Notes: generated by a model from the letters alone, not told the origin. Counted from the first letter of the stretch, positions 21,659-32,471 are shown. The stretch: 64,000 nucleotides of DNA from Chthonomonadales bacterium (GCA_049967475.1 JBMFSQ010000002.1:160001-224000), one strand, 5' to 3'. Numbers and translations are program-made.

Positions 21659-23881
21659 ATGAACTCCCTTCCCACGCCAGATGCCGCCGGCAAACCTCAG
21701 GCGGAGGCGTCTCTCCCCAACGCCGCGGAATTCTGCCGCACCTGCACTCTTCTGCCCTTGGAGCGCGAGTGCCTCCACGACGTGGCTGTCGCAGTAAACG
21801 AAGGCAAATCGCTGGACGAAATCCTGCTCATTGCCCGAGACGCAGTCCTCCGCCTCAGCCATTTGGACCGCGTAGGTCTGTGGCTAGTGGACCGCGGGGC
21901 CTTGCGCGGGGCCTGGGGTACCGATGCATCCGGCAGGCTTCGCGATGAGCGCAACCACTTCTACCGTTGCGACGAAGTGTCTCCGCGGCCCGACGAACTC
22001 ATGGATGAGGCCCGCGGTTACGTTATCGGCGCCCCGGATTTTCTTCGCGGGCCAGGGCTCTTCAGCCTTCCGAACGAGCGCCCGCCGGCCCGGTGCGCCA
22101 TCCCCATGCGCGCCCGAGGGGAACTCATCGGGCTGATTTTTGGAGATAACCTCATCTCCGGTCGGCCCATTGATGAAGCAGCCATCGCAGCGTTGGTACC
22201 CTTCTGCGAACAACTCGCTCTGGCTGTGGCCAACGCGCGGCTTTTGGCCGAAAAGGAGCAGCTTGCGCGTCGCCAGCAGCGCTTCATGGAGATCGCCGCC
22301 GCCATCAACTCGAGCCCAGATTTAGACACGATCCTACGCCTCGTTCGCGACGCCGCGATTGACGTGGGAGGATTTGACCGGGCCGGCGTATGGCTGGTGG
22401 AGGGCGAGAACATCCGAGGGTCTTGGGGCACCGACGCCCATGGCCGCCCGCGTGACGAGCGCCACCTGCAAGAGAAGCTGGATCAATGGCCTCCTGCCGC
22501 TAGAACCCTTAAAAGCGGCCAGCAGCGCTTCTATATCGAACAATGGCGCACCCCCTACGACGACTTGCGGGACGAAGAGGGCTTCATCCCCCACGCGGTT
22601 GTGGCACTCGTTACCCACGGAGAAATGGTGGGCCTTCTCTCCGTGGATAATCTCATCACTGGCCGGCCCTTCAGCGAAGAGGACCTCTTGCCCTTGCTTC
22701 CCTTCGCCGACCAAGCTGCTGTGGCCATTCGCAATGCCCGGCTGATGCAGGAGGTTCGTCAGGCTCAGGAGGCCCTTCTGCGCACCGAGAAGCTTCGGGC
22801 AGTAGGCGAACTGGCCGGCGGAGTTGCCCACAATGTCAACAACGTGCTGACGGCCGTGCTTGGATATGCGGAACTCATCCAACAAGATGGAAACGCTACT
22901 CCAGAGATCCGGCAATATGCCCGGGTGATCGAGAGGGCCGCGCTGGACGGCGCCGAAATTGCCCGGCGCATGCAACAGTTTGCCCATACCGGTGCGGAGA
23001 GCCGCCATACCTCCTTCGACCTGGTAGCGGTCACAACGGAAGCCATTGCACTTACGCGACCGGCTTGGCACAATCAAGCCTCCGCTATGGGCGCGCGCAT
23101 TGACGTAGTAACCGAGATGCCGTCAAGGTTGTTCGCCCGGGGCATCGCATCCGAGATACGCGAAGTGGCGGTGAACCTGATGAAGAACGCATGCGACGCC
23201 ATGCCCGCCGGCGGCACCCTTACGGTGAAATGTTACCGGCGCAACGGAGACGCGGTCCTGGAAGTAGGCGACACGGGCATTGGAATGGATGAACAGACAC
23301 AGCAGCGCATCTTTGAGCCCTTTTTCACCACAAAGGGAGCCGGCTTAGGTACCGGTTTGGGCCTCGCCATAACCTGGGGCATCGTAGCGCACCACCAAGG
23401 ACGCATCAACGTGCGCAGCGCGCCAGGAAAGGGCACCACCTTCACGGTGCATCTGCCGCTGGCTGCCCAGCCCGAGGACACAAACCTCGACCGAGCCCAA
23501 TCTGAGGTCCTGCATGGCGTACGGGTGCTGCTGGTAGAGGACGAGGAACTCGTAGCCGGGAGCATCGCCAGGATCCTAGCCGCGCAAGGAGCGGATGTCG
23601 CCATGGCGCTCAGCGGGCAGGAGGCGTTGGAGTGGATGCAGAAGCATGGTGCCGACTGCGACATCGTGCTTACGGATCATGGCATGCCCGGCATGACGGG
23701 TTCTGAACTCCTGGCCGAGGTGCGCGACCGGTACCCTGCCGTTCGGCGGGTGCTCATCTCGGGGTGGGGGCGTCAGGTGCCTAATGGCGTGGACACCTCC
23801 GCCGCTGAAATGATCCTCGGCAAACCCGTTCGGCAGCGGGATCTTACGAAAGCAGTAGCTTCCCTCGTGCGCAGGGGTTAA
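21659..23881 (+). CDS. Cytoplasmic hybrid sensor kinase (GAF-GAF-HisKA-HATPase-REC)
   Basis: Two homologous GAF repeats (DRxGxWLV...RGxWGTDA.GR.RDER), H-box [29 protein letters not shown], receiver LLVEDE...TDHGMPGM...KP. Confidence 0.92.
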   Translation: MNSLPTPDAAGKPQAEASLPNAAEFCRTCTLLPLERECLHDVAVAVNEGKSLDEILLIARDAVLRLSHLDRVGLWLVDRGALRGAWGTDASGRLRDERNHFYRCDEVSPRPDELMDEARGYVIGAPDFLRGPGLFSLPNERPPARCAIPMRARGELIGLIFGDNLISGRPIDEAAIAALVPFCEQLALAVANARLLAEKEQLARRQQRFMEIAAAINSSPDLDTILRLVRDAAIDVGGFDRAGVWLVEGENIRGSWGTDAHGRPRDERHLQEKLDQWPPAARTLKSGQQRFYIEQWRTPYDDLRDEEGFIPHAVVALVTHGEMVGLLSVDNLITGRPFSEEDLLPLLPFADQAAVAIRNARLMQEVRQAQEALLRTEKLRAVGELAGGVAHNVNNVLTAVLGYAELIQQDGNATPEIRQYARVIERAALDGAEIARRMQQFAHTGAESRHTSFDLVAVTTEAIALTRPAWHNQASAMGARIDVVTEMPSRLFARGIASEIREVAVNLMKNACDAMPAGGTLTVKCYRRNGDAVLEVGDTGIGMDEQTQQRIFEPFFTTKGAGLGTGLGLAITWGIVAHHQGRINVRSAPGKGTTFTVHLPLAAQPEDTNLDRAQSEVLHGVRVLLVEDEELVAGSIARILAAQGADVAMALSGQEALEWMQKHGADCDIVLTDHGMPGMTGSELLAEVRDRYPAVRRVLISGWGRQVPNGVDTSAAEMILGKPVRQRDLTKAVASLVRRG

Positions 23882-25848
23882 CCGCCTTCTCGGGCGGCAG
23901 CGCTCTGCGGAGGGACCAGATATTCCAGGAGGGTTGCAACGCTCCATGCCTGAGCGATGCACCCGCCTGGGGCATGGGGAGCGTCCCCATCATAGAGCTC
24001 GGGCAGGTATCCGACACCATACTCCAACAGCCGCCCCAGGAGTGCATCCAACAGCGTGTCTTCCGCAGCCTTGCCCCTGAATGCTCGGCGGCGCGCCTGC
24101 AGATACGGGCCCAGGAGCCACGGCCAGACCGTGCCCTGGTGGTACGCGCTGTCCCTTTCGGCAGGAGTTCCCTGATACCTTCCCCGGTATCCGGGGTCAC
24201 GAGGAGAGAGTGTCCGTAGCCCAACCTCGGTGGCCAGCTCTTGTTCGATGGTGTGCAACATGCTCGCCCAATATCTGCGGCGAAGAACGGCAAACGGAAG
24301 GCTTGCGGCAAAGAGCTGGTTCGGACGGATAGCCGCATCCGGACCGGTATCCGTGACGACATCGAAGAGCCCGCGCCCGTCTGAACGCACAAAGGTTTCG
24401 TTAAAGCTGCGAGCTGCCGCTCGGGCGCCGCGGGCGTAATCTGCCGAGGGCTCGCCCAACACCTTCGCCATATCCTCGGCAATCCTGAGGGCGTTGTACC
24501 AAAGAGCGCAAATCTCAACAGCCTTGCCCGCCCGGGGAGTTACGGGCCGGCCGTCCACGCGCGCGTCCATCCACGTAAGTTGGGTGGAGGCATCTCCTGC
24601 CCTCAAGAGCCCGTCCGAAGCATCCACGCCGATGGACCATCGTGTGCCCTTTACGTGCCAGCGGATGATCTCCTTCACTACAGGCCACATCTCGCGCACG
24701 AAGCTTGCGGATGCGCCGGCCCTCGCTGTCTGCCAGATGGCGTTCACGTACCAGAGCGTGGCATCGGCGGTATTGTACTCGGGATCTGCCCCGCTTTCCG
24801 GGAAGCGGTTGGGGATCATTCCCTGGCTGACGTAGGCGGCGTAGGTTCGCAGGATCTCCTGGGCTTGGGACACGTCGCCCCGGGAAAGAAGCAACCCCGG
24901 CAGAGAGATCATCGTGTCCCGGCCCCAATCGGCAAACCAAGGATATCCGGCAACGATCGTGTGCGGCGCTCCCCCATTCGGCGTGATCGCAAACGCATCT
25001 GCCGCAGCGAACAACGCCCGGGTAAAAGGCCGCCCTTCACCCTGCGCGCCCCGAAACCGCGCCGACACAGCCCGGCGTGCCTCGTGGGGGTCACCGGCCT
25101 CCGTGTTGAGCCCCGCCGACAGAATGACCGGTTCTCCTTCCCGAAGGAGCACTCGGAAGCGGCCAGGCGCGTAGAGATCCTCGTGCCAATCGAAGCCCCG
25201 TTCCAGCTCTCGAAGGTGCTCGAAATGATAGTACCATGTACCCATCGGCTGCCATTGGGCGCCGGGAAGAACGAGATCGAGCCAAACTTCTTCCGCAAGC
25301 TCTATTGATGCGCGCCCCGGCACGGCCCGCACATCCAGAGGAAAACCCGCACGCGCCTGCATCTCCGTGTGGTAATCCTTCCAGCACACCAGAGGCGTGA
25401 TCTCCAGGAGCGCCTCGGCGCACCTGCCTCTCCATTCATATTGGATGTAGGTCGCATTGCGGCCCGGAGCCATCCAGACGCTTTTGACCAGCCGGCCCGA
25501 TTGGGGAAGTTCGTACTGGAACGTGGGCCATGGCCACGGCGAAAAGGACTGCAGAAACCGATAGCCCTGGGGATGCACTGCACCAGGATATTGGTTGCAC
25601 GAGATCTCTACCCGGTTGCCCGCGGCTGTAACAGCCTCTTCCAGTTTGGATAGAGCCACGCGCCTCTTCCTCGGCGGATCCATCGCTGCAACGAGAAGGC
25701 CGTGGTATCGCCGAGTGTTGGCTCCGCAGAGGGTGCCGGATGCGTACCCTCCTATATGGTTCACTGCGAGCCATTCCCGCCGCGACGCTGCTTCGAAATC
25801 CTGCAGAATGGACCCGGTAATGTTGAGGCGATCCCAAGGATCAGGCAT
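23878..25848 (-). CDS. Glycogen debranching enzyme (amylo-alpha-1,6-glucosidase)
   Basis: EWLAVNHIGGYASGT...RRYHGLL, AGYPWFADWGRDTMISLPGL, TWMDA, IRPNQ, YHQGTVWPWL, QAWSVA. Confidence 0.92.
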   Translation of the reverse strand: MPDPWDRLNITGSILQDFEAASRREWLAVNHIGGYASGTLCGANTRRYHGLLVAAMDPPRKRRVALSKLEEAVTAAGNRVEISCNQYPGAVHPQGYRFLQSFSPWPWPTFQYELPQSGRLVKSVWMAPGRNATYIQYEWRGRCAEALLEITPLVCWKDYHTEMQARAGFPLDVRAVPGRASIELAEEVWLDLVLPGAQWQPMGTWYYHFEHLRELERGFDWHEDLYAPGRFRVLLREGEPVILSAGLNTEAGDPHEARRAVSARFRGAQGEGRPFTRALFAAADAFAITPNGGAPHTIVAGYPWFADWGRDTMISLPGLLLSRGDVSQAQEILRTYAAYVSQGMIPNRFPESGADPEYNTADATLWYVNAIWQTARAGASASFVREMWPVVKEIIRWHVKGTRWSIGVDASDGLLRAGDASTQLTWMDARVDGRPVTPRAGKAVEICALWYNALRIAEDMAKVLGEPSADYARGARAAARSFNETFVRSDGRGLFDVVTDTGPDAAIRPNQLFAASLPFAVLRRRYWASMLHTIEQELATEVGLRTLSPRDPGYRGRYQGTPAERDSAYHQGTVWPWLLGPYLQARRRAFRGKAAEDTLLDALLGRLLEYGVGYLPELYDGDAPHAPGGCIAQAWSVATLLEYLVPPQSAAAREGG

Positions 25849-26004
25849 AGCGAACCTGCGAGCGGCCCATCGGCGTCGTGCCCGCCACGAAGCCGATGGC
25901 GCTTATGGTAGAATGATGAGAAGGGCAATCGGATATCGCAAAGGCACACCTATTATAGGCCGCGAAGCGTATCCATTTCCACAGGCTGCCCGGAGCACGA
26001 TACG

Positions 26005-27090
26005 GTGGCAATCTCTCCCAGCGCTTCGATCCAGGACACCTTGCCCGTCGTTGGGCATACAACGGCCGAATTGGAACAGCTCTGCCTGCGCCTAGGAGAA
26101 CCACTGTTCCGGGGGCGTCAAATCGCGCATTGGGTTTACTGCCGGGCGGCGCTCCAATTTGACGAGATGACCGATTTGCCGGAACACCTCCGGGAGCGCC
26201 TCGCCGGCAGATACCACATTGGCCTGCCGCATATCGTGCGGACCGTGGCTGCGGCCGACGGCACCGAGAAGTTCTTGTTGCAATTGGCCGATGCCGAACG
26301 TGTCGAAACGGTTTATCTGCCCTATGCCGACCGAGTGTCCCTGTGCATCTCCACACAGGTGGGGTGCCCGGCCGGATGCGTATTCTGCGCCACCGGCCAA
26401 ACGGGTTGGGCGCGGAATATGACCGCCGGGGAGATTGTAGGGCAGGTGTTGATGGTGCAACGCCACCGCCCCCAACGCCGCATCAGTCACGTAGTTTTGA
26501 TGGGCATGGGTGAGCCGCTCTTCAATTACGATGCCGTCGTCAAGGCCCTTCGCCTCATGATACAGGAAGTGGGTATCTCGCCCCGGCGCATCACACTCTC
26601 CACTGTGGGAGTGCCCGAAAACATTCGGAAGCTGGCCAGGGAGGGTCTTCCTATCACCCTGGCCCTCTCCCTCCATGCACCTGACGATGCATTGCGCGCC
26701 AGGATGATCCCAACAGGTCGCAAATGGAAGCTTCGCGAGATTTTGGACGCGTGCCGCGATTACGTAAGGGTTACGCACCGCGACCCTACCTTTGAATACC
26801 TCCTGCTGGCCGGCGTCAACGATCACCCGTGGCAGGCCGAGGCCCTCGCACACCTGCTGGGTGATCTCCCGGGCAACGTGAACCTGATACCCTACAACCC
26901 GGTGGCCACCCAGGAGGATTTCCGGCGCCCCTCTCCCCAGCGCATCGCCGCGTTCCGTGAGGTGTTGGAAAGGGCAGGAAGGGTGACGACGCAGAGAAAG
27001 GAACGCGGCAGCAGGATCGCCGCCGCTTGTGGCCAATTGCGCCGGGAATCCGGGAACGCAGGCGCAGTGGGCGCCACAGCCGCAGCCTAA
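26005..27090 (+). CDS. rlmN: 23S rRNA (adenine2503-C2)-methyltransferase, radical SAM
   Basis: STQVGCPAGCVFCATG, MGMGEP, SLHA, NLIPYNP, AACGQL. Confidence 0.96.
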   Translation: MAISPSASIQDTLPVVGHTTAELEQLCLRLGEPLFRGRQIAHWVYCRAALQFDEMTDLPEHLRERLAGRYHIGLPHIVRTVAAADGTEKFLLQLADAERVETVYLPYADRVSLCISTQVGCPAGCVFCATGQTGWARNMTAGEIVGQVLMVQRHRPQRRISHVVLMGMGEPLFNYDAVVKALRLMIQEVGISPRRITLSTVGVPENIRKLAREGLPITLALSLHAPDDALRARMIPTGRKWKLREILDACRDYVRVTHRDPTFEYLLLAGVNDHPWQAEALAHLLGDLPGNVNLIPYNPVATQEDFRRPSPQRIAAFREVLERAGRVTTQRKERGSRIAAACGQLRRESGNAGAVGATAAA

Positions 27091-27731
27091 TGACCGCATG
27101 CACTCCGCGAACCGGTATGTACCGGGGATTACGGGATGCCGCGGCGGGCATTAGGCGCAGGCATCCGTGGGGCCGCGTTGTGGGAGTGATGTGCGCTACG
27201 ATGTGGATTGCATCCGGCTGCGGAACCAAGACCCCGCGCAAGGCGCAGCCCAAGCGCCCGCCTCGACCGGCCACCCAGCAGGCAGACGCACTTAAGAGCG
27301 TGCAGAGCCAAGGCATCGTGATCCATTGGCAGGAAGAGGCCCCTGATGGGAAAGTGAGGCGGGTACTCGAACTCCATGCGGCCTCGGGCCAATGGAACGT
27401 GCAGACGCTCTCGGGCATCCTAAAGGCCGGCAACGGCATCCTTTACCGGGACGACATGCCGAAAGTCCGCTTCCAGGCGCCCATCGTCGAAGCCAAGCGC
27501 TCCCTGGGCATCCTCGTGGCACGGGGCGGAGTGGTGCTGCACAGCATAGACCCTGCGGGAGCCACGGTTACGGCAAACCGGGTGCGGTGGGATGCCCGCA
27601 AGAACCTCGTGGTGGCTGTGGGGAATGTCCGTCTCACGTACCGTCCGCCGGGTTCGGCCAAGCCGGTGGCCTTCGGTACCGCGCCCCAGATGACCTTCAA
27701 CACAGAACTGGACGAATACCACATCCCGTAG
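27090..27731 (+). CDS. LptC-like LPS export lipoprotein (start uncertain)
   Basis: TAATG coupling to rlmN, hydrophobic stretch ending IASGC, beta-jellyroll-like strands, position upstream of lptA/lptB. Confidence 0.55.
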   Translation: MTACTPRTGMYRGLRDAAAGIRRRHPWGRVVGVMCATMWIASGCGTKTPRKAQPKRPPRPATQQADALKSVQSQGIVIHWQEEAPDGKVRRVLELHAASGQWNVQTLSGILKAGNGILYRDDMPKVRFQAPIVEAKRSLGILVARGGVVLHSIDPAGATVTANRVRWDARKNLVVAVGNVRLTYRPPGSAKPVAFGTAPQMTFNTELDEYHIP

Positions 27732-27747
27732 GGAGAAGGGGTGGCGT

Positions 27748-28488
27748 ATGTTAAACGAAAGACGGTGGATCGTCATTGCCTTTGTCCTGCTTTGTCTGGC
27801 TTGCGCAAGCGCCCAGACACAGGCCGGCCGGGCAGCTCGGCGAGCGGGTCGTGCGGTATCCAGGCGCCAACAACAAGCGAACAAGCCCGCTTCCTTCACC
27901 TATGGTGACGTGACGCTCTCCGGCTTCGCCCGCATCACGGGGCGCCTGGGCGTAATCGCGGAAGCCGTAGGACCAGGCACCACAGTGGATCTTGTGGATC
28001 AGGCCCACAAAGCCACAGCCAGGCTTCAAGCCGAGAAGATCACCGTTTATTGGACGCAGGGCAGCACCCAGGCTCAGCGCATCGAGGCCTCTGGCTCCGT
28101 ACGCTATTCTGGAGTGCAGCCGGCGCCCGGGGGCGAACAAAAGGTGCGCGGCGAGGGTTCCCGGGCGGTGTTTGTTCGCGCCGAAAATAAGATTACGCTC
28201 TACGGCCCTGCAACCTTCTATGCCGAGCAGCCGGTACCCGACACCCACACGGTGCAGACGGTTGCGGGCACATCCAACGAGGTAATCTACGATGCCGCCA
28301 AGCAGGTTCTCACGTTCAACGGCAACGTCAATGCCACCATCACCATGCCGGACACGCTCGAAGGCCCCGCGCGCATCAGCGGTGCAGAGAGCATTGCATT
28401 GGAATTGGCCGAGCGCCCCTATACCTTCAATGTGAAGCTCGGCAGCGTCCAATTCAGTCCGAAGCAGGCTCAGCCGAAGCCTAAATAG
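27748..28488 (+). CDS. LptA/OstA-like periplasmic protein
   Basis: Signal peptide, LQAEKITVY...RIEASGSVRY...IYDAAKQVLTFNGNV jellyroll motifs. Confidence 0.7.
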   Translation: MLNERRWIVIAFVLLCLACASAQTQAGRAARRAGRAVSRRQQQANKPASFTYGDVTLSGFARITGRLGVIAEAVGPGTTVDLVDQAHKATARLQAEKITVYWTQGSTQAQRIEASGSVRYSGVQPAPGGEQKVRGEGSRAVFVRAENKITLYGPATFYAEQPVPDTHTVQTVAGTSNEVIYDAAKQVLTFNGNVNATITMPDTLEGPARISGAESIALELAERPYTFNVKLGSVQFSPKQAQPKPK

Positions 28489-28518
28489 GCGAAGCGCACG
28501 AAGCGGAGATCCCGAACG

Positions 28519-29238
28519 GTGGAGATTGCAGCCGAAGATCTGGTGAAGATATATCGCGGCCGACGCGTGGTGGACGGCGTGTCCCTCGAAATGAAGCAGG
28601 GTGAGATCGTGGGACTTCTGGGTCCCAACGGCGCCGGGAAGACCACGACGTTCTACATGATCGTCGGCCTCGTCCGGCCGCACGAGGGGCGCGTGCTCCT
28701 TGAAGGGCAGGATATCACGCGCCTGCCTATGTACCAGCGCGCCCGAGCTGGCATCGGATACCTGGCGCAGGAGCCCTCCGTCTTCCGGGAATTGACTGTT
28801 GCAGACAATATCCGTCTCGTTCTGGAATTCACTTCCATGACCAAGAAGCAGCGCGAACAGAAGATGCACTCGCTGCTGGAAGAGCTGCACATATCCCACC
28901 TAATGAACCATCGAGGAAAGACGCTCTCGGGCGGCGAACGCAGGCGCGTGGAGATCGCCCGGGCCCTTGCCACGTCTCCAGCGTTCATCCTGCTGGATGA
29001 ACCCTTTACCGGCGTGGATCCCATTGCGATCCAAGACATCGAGGAGATCATCCAGCACCTAAAAGAGCGCAACATCGGCATCCTTATTACCGACCACAAC
29101 GTGCAGGCCACGCTGCGCATCACAGAACGCGCCTACATCATCGCCGATGGCCGCATCCGCGCCGCCGGTAAGTCCGACGAGCTTCCTAACGATCCCAGCG
29201 CCCGCCGGTACTACTTCGGCGAAGGGTACGGCCAATGA
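28519..29238 (+). CDS. lptB: LPS export ABC transporter ATP-binding protein
   Basis: [53 protein letters not shown]. Confidence 0.95.
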   Translation: MEIAAEDLVKIYRGRRVVDGVSLEMKQGEIVGLLGPNGAGKTTTFYMIVGLVRPHEGRVLLEGQDITRLPMYQRARAGIGYLAQEPSVFRELTVADNIRLVLEFTSMTKKQREQKMHSLLEELHISHLMNHRGKTLSGGERRRVEIARALATSPAFILLDEPFTGVDPIAIQDIEEIIQHLKERNIGILITDHNVQATLRITERAYIIADGRIRAAGKSDELPNDPSARRYYFGEGYGQ

Positions 29239-29245
29239 GGGCGCT

Positions 29246-30391
29246 ATGAAGCTTGTAGACCGCTTGATCCTACGGGAAATCTCCGGGCCCTTTATCAACA
29301 GCGTATTCCTCTTTCTCATGCTGCTGTTCTCCTCGGCTTACCTGTTCAAGGTAACCGACCTGATGGTACAAGGGGTGCCCGCCTTCACCGTGGCCCAGAT
29401 CGCCCTCTATAGTCTTCCGGGACTGGTGACGCAGACGCTTCCCATGGCTATGCTCTTGAGCTGCCTGCTGGCATTCGGACGCCTCTCGAGCGATAGCGAA
29501 CACATCGCCCTCTTCGCCAGCGGCATCAGCTTCTACCGCATCGCCCGCCCCATCGCCGCCATGGGATCTGTGGTGAGCCTGGTGGCCATCGCATGGAACG
29601 AAACCGTTGTCCCGCCTGCCACGCGGAAATATTACGATCTGCTCGTGAGCGCCACGGAGCATATCCAGGCCACGGACCGCCCCCTCCATTACACGGTGAA
29701 CAAGCCGGGATCCGATGCCATAGATGAATTCGTAAGCATAGACGGCGGCTACGATGCCCACACCCAATCCCTCAAACGGGTGACCATCCTAAAGATGAGC
29801 GACGACCCCAAACGGGCTGGAATGCCCGAAATGGTGGTGTATGCCCAGCGGGCGGTGGCCCGCGACCCAAGGGGCGTAGATTGGATCCTCTATAACGGAT
29901 ACGCCCGTTATATTCCAAGGGACGCCACCGGGCACTTCCAGGCAGACACCGTCTTTGACGTAACCACGACCAGTTCGCTGGGTCACAATGTGCGGGTAGG
30001 CCGCCCGTTCCGGGGAGTGATGCAAGCAGACACCCACGACAACCACCAGATGACGTTTGCGCAATTGCGTGATAAGATAAACTTGGAACGCGCCCAGGGA
30101 AGCCCGGACACCCTGGGTGATGAGGTAGATCTCTGGGAGAAGCTCTCCCTCCCCTTCGCCAGCCTCATCTTCGGGCTTGTGGGCGCACCTCTAGGGGTTC
30201 GGCCTCAGCGCGGGAGCAAGGTGATGGGCTTCGGCATCGCCATCGCAATCATCTTCGGATACTGGGTGGTCTACCACTGGATGTACCTGGTGGGAAAGAA
30301 CGGCGGCCTTCCCCCGATGCTGGCCAGCTTCGCCGCAGACCTCATCGGGCTCGTTGCAGCCGGGTACCTCATCGCAAGGACGCGGCAGTGA
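29246..30391 (+). CDS. LptF/LptG family LPS export permease
   Basis: MKLVDRLILRE, LPMAMLL...RLSSDSE..AL.ASGIS, 3+3 TM layout, LPPMLA. Confidence 0.9.
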   Translation: MKLVDRLILREISGPFINSVFLFLMLLFSSAYLFKVTDLMVQGVPAFTVAQIALYSLPGLVTQTLPMAMLLSCLLAFGRLSSDSEHIALFASGISFYRIARPIAAMGSVVSLVAIAWNETVVPPATRKYYDLLVSATEHIQATDRPLHYTVNKPGSDAIDEFVSIDGGYDAHTQSLKRVTILKMSDDPKRAGMPEMVVYAQRAVARDPRGVDWILYNGYARYIPRDATGHFQADTVFDVTTTSSLGHNVRVGRPFRGVMQADTHDNHQMTFAQLRDKINLERAQGSPDTLGDEVDLWEKLSLPFASLIFGLVGAPLGVRPQRGSKVMGFGIAIAIIFGYWVVYHWMYLVGKNGGLPPMLASFAADLIGLVAAGYLIARTRQ

Positions 30392-30408
30392 GCAGGAGGT
30401 GATGGGTC

Positions 30409-31980
30409 ATGTTCTGGACTGTGTTGGCCCTGTGCCTCACCGTGGTAATGGGGGGCGTCATCGCCTATAACGGCGACGTGATAGGCCGCAGGTACGGCAA
30501 GCGGCGCCTCACCGTGCTGGGACTGCGCCCGCGCCATACCGCAGTGCTCATCACCATCGTTACGGGCCTCACAATCTCAGCGGTTACCACAGGCGTGTTG
30601 TTCCTCGTAGTCCCGCCGGTTCGGGAAGTGATTATGGAAGGTGAACAGGCCATCCGAACCAAAGCACGCCTCGCAGAGCAGAACCGCACGCTCCTTCATC
30701 TCAATTCGGGTCTGGCGGATCAGAATGCTCAGCTCGAAGCACGAAACGCGAGGTTGGCCCACCAGCAGGCGCGAGCCCGGGCGGAAGTCTTGAAGGTAAG
30801 CCGTGAATTGGCCGCACGGCAACTCGAGCTCAAGCGCACCCAGGCTGCATTGGCAACAGCCGTTGCCAACGAACGCTCTGCCATCCATCGCGTTCGGTTG
30901 GCCCAAACGGAAGTGGCCTCCCTCATCCGAAAGAAGGCAGAACTTTCCGCGGCAATCGCCTTGCTCACCCGCCGGAACGCCGAATTGGCCGCCCGGAATG
31001 CCGACCTCAATGCCGAGAACATGCGCCTGGCCAGGGATAACGCGGCTGCCGTTAAGTACGGCGAGGAACTGGGGCAAGACAACGAACGCAAGCACCGCGA
31101 GAACGAGACGCTGCTCCGTGTCAATAACGCCCTGTTGGACGCGAACGGCAAACTGGATGAACAGAACCGCACGCTTATGCGCAAGAATGCCGAACTGGAA
31201 CAGAAGAATGCAGAGCTTCTGAAGGCCGGCCGCGAATTGCTTCTCCAATCCCGCACGGATCTCTCGGAACTCGCTCGACGGCTGGAGGCGATGCGCACAC
31301 GGCGAGTGGTGATCCACACTGGGGAGGACCTTGCCCGGTGCATCATCCCGCCCAATCAAAGCCCGGAAGACGTACGCCGCGCCATAGATCAGCTGATCCA
31401 TGACGCCAATCAGGCGGCTCTGGCACGGGGCGCAGGGCCCGGAGACACAGGGGTCCGTGCAGTACGTGTGGTGAGCAAAGAGTTCGAGACCATTACCCCC
31501 TTCGGCAACATCCACCCCATCGAGGTTACGGAGACGGACCGAATAGACGCCCTGGTCCGGCGCTTGGCCGGAGCCGATCAACCGGTATGCCTCCTGGCCC
31601 TTGCCGTAGCCAATAGCGTGGATGGAGAGCCGGCCCTCATAGATTTCCAGCCCTACACCGATCGCCTTATCTACACCCGGGGGCGCGTGGTGGGCTCGCG
31701 GCGGTTTGACGCCACGGAGCCTGTGGAGAAGCTCTACCCGGAAATCATGAGCTTTCTGAAGGACCTGGGCAGGAGCGCCATTGACCGCGGAATGATCCCT
31801 ACCATAGATCCGGCCACGGGCGATCCTCAGGTTGGCGGGCTTACATGGCCCGAGCTGGCAAATCTGATTGACCGGGTGCGGAGTGCCGGCCGGCATATCG
31901 TTTTGACTGCAGTGGCGGCGGCAGACACGAACGCGTCTGACCCCCTGCGCCTCAACTTCAGGATAGACCCGGCCCTGTGA
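30409..31980 (+). CDS. DUF3084-family membrane-anchored coiled-coil protein
   Basis: GGVIAYNGDVIGRRYGKRRLTVLGLRPRHTAVLITIVTG signature, long heptad region, AGGAGGTG SD. Confidence 0.85.
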   Translation: MFWTVLALCLTVVMGGVIAYNGDVIGRRYGKRRLTVLGLRPRHTAVLITIVTGLTISAVTTGVLFLVVPPVREVIMEGEQAIRTKARLAEQNRTLLHLNSGLADQNAQLEARNARLAHQQARARAEVLKVSRELAARQLELKRTQAALATAVANERSAIHRVRLAQTEVASLIRKKAELSAAIALLTRRNAELAARNADLNAENMRLARDNAAAVKYGEELGQDNERKHRENETLLRVNNALLDANGKLDEQNRTLMRKNAELEQKNAELLKAGRELLLQSRTDLSELARRLEAMRTRRVVIHTGEDLARCIIPPNQSPEDVRRAIDQLIHDANQAALARGAGPGDTGVRAVRVVSKEFETITPFGNIHPIEVTETDRIDALVRRLAGADQPVCLLALAVANSVDGEPALIDFQPYTDRLIYTRGRVVGSRRFDATEPVEKLYPEIMSFLKDLGRSAIDRGMIPTIDPATGDPQVGGLTWPELANLIDRVRSAGRHIVLTAVAAADTNASDPLRLNFRIDPAL

Positions 31981-32411
31981 AGACGGTGATGGCGATTGAT
32001 CCTGGCAGCGGCAAGTGCGGCATCGCAGTCGTCACCAGCGATGGACGCATACTGCACCGGCAGATTGCGTCTTCTCCCTGCCTTCCAAACACGGTGGCCG
32101 AGCTCTACGAGCGGTTCAAACCCGATGCGGTACTGGTAGGCAACGGCACCGGGGCTCGGCGCGCCCGCGAGTGTTGTTTGGCAAGGATCCCAGCGGAAGC
32201 GCCCGTGCATCTTGTGGAGGAGCGCTTCACATCCGTGGAGGCCCGTCAACGATACCTGAAGGACCATCCTCCACGCGGCTGGCGCCGGCTCCTCCCAGCC
32301 TTTGCCCGCGTTCCCGAAGACCCGTATGACGACTACGTCGCCATCATCCTGGCCGAGCGGTATTTCGCAGCCCTCACCCAACCGGGCGCCCAACCCATCC
32401 AGGGTGCTTGA
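31977..32411 (+). CDS. YqgF/RuvX-like RNase H-fold nuclease
   Basis: AIDPGSGKCGIA, VGNGT, VEERFTS, DDYVAIIL. GTGA overlap with DUF3084. Confidence 0.85.
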   Translation: MKTVMAIDPGSGKCGIAVVTSDGRILHRQIASSPCLPNTVAELYERFKPDAVLVGNGTGARRARECCLARIPAEAPVHLVEERFTSVEARQRYLKDHPPRGWRRLLPAFARVPEDPYDDYVAIILAERYFAALTQPGAQPIQGA

Positions 32412-32430
32412 AGCGCTGCACCCGTACGTT

Positions 32431-32466
32431 CCCCGGCCCCGCCGCACTTCCACGGCGGGGCCGGGG
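32431..32466. terminator. Bidirectional terminator-like hairpin
   Basis: Perfect 14-bp stem CCCCGGCCCCGCCG / CGGCGGGGCCGGGG with 8-nt loop, between convergent genes. Confidence 0.7.
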
Positions 32467-32471
32467 CGCTT

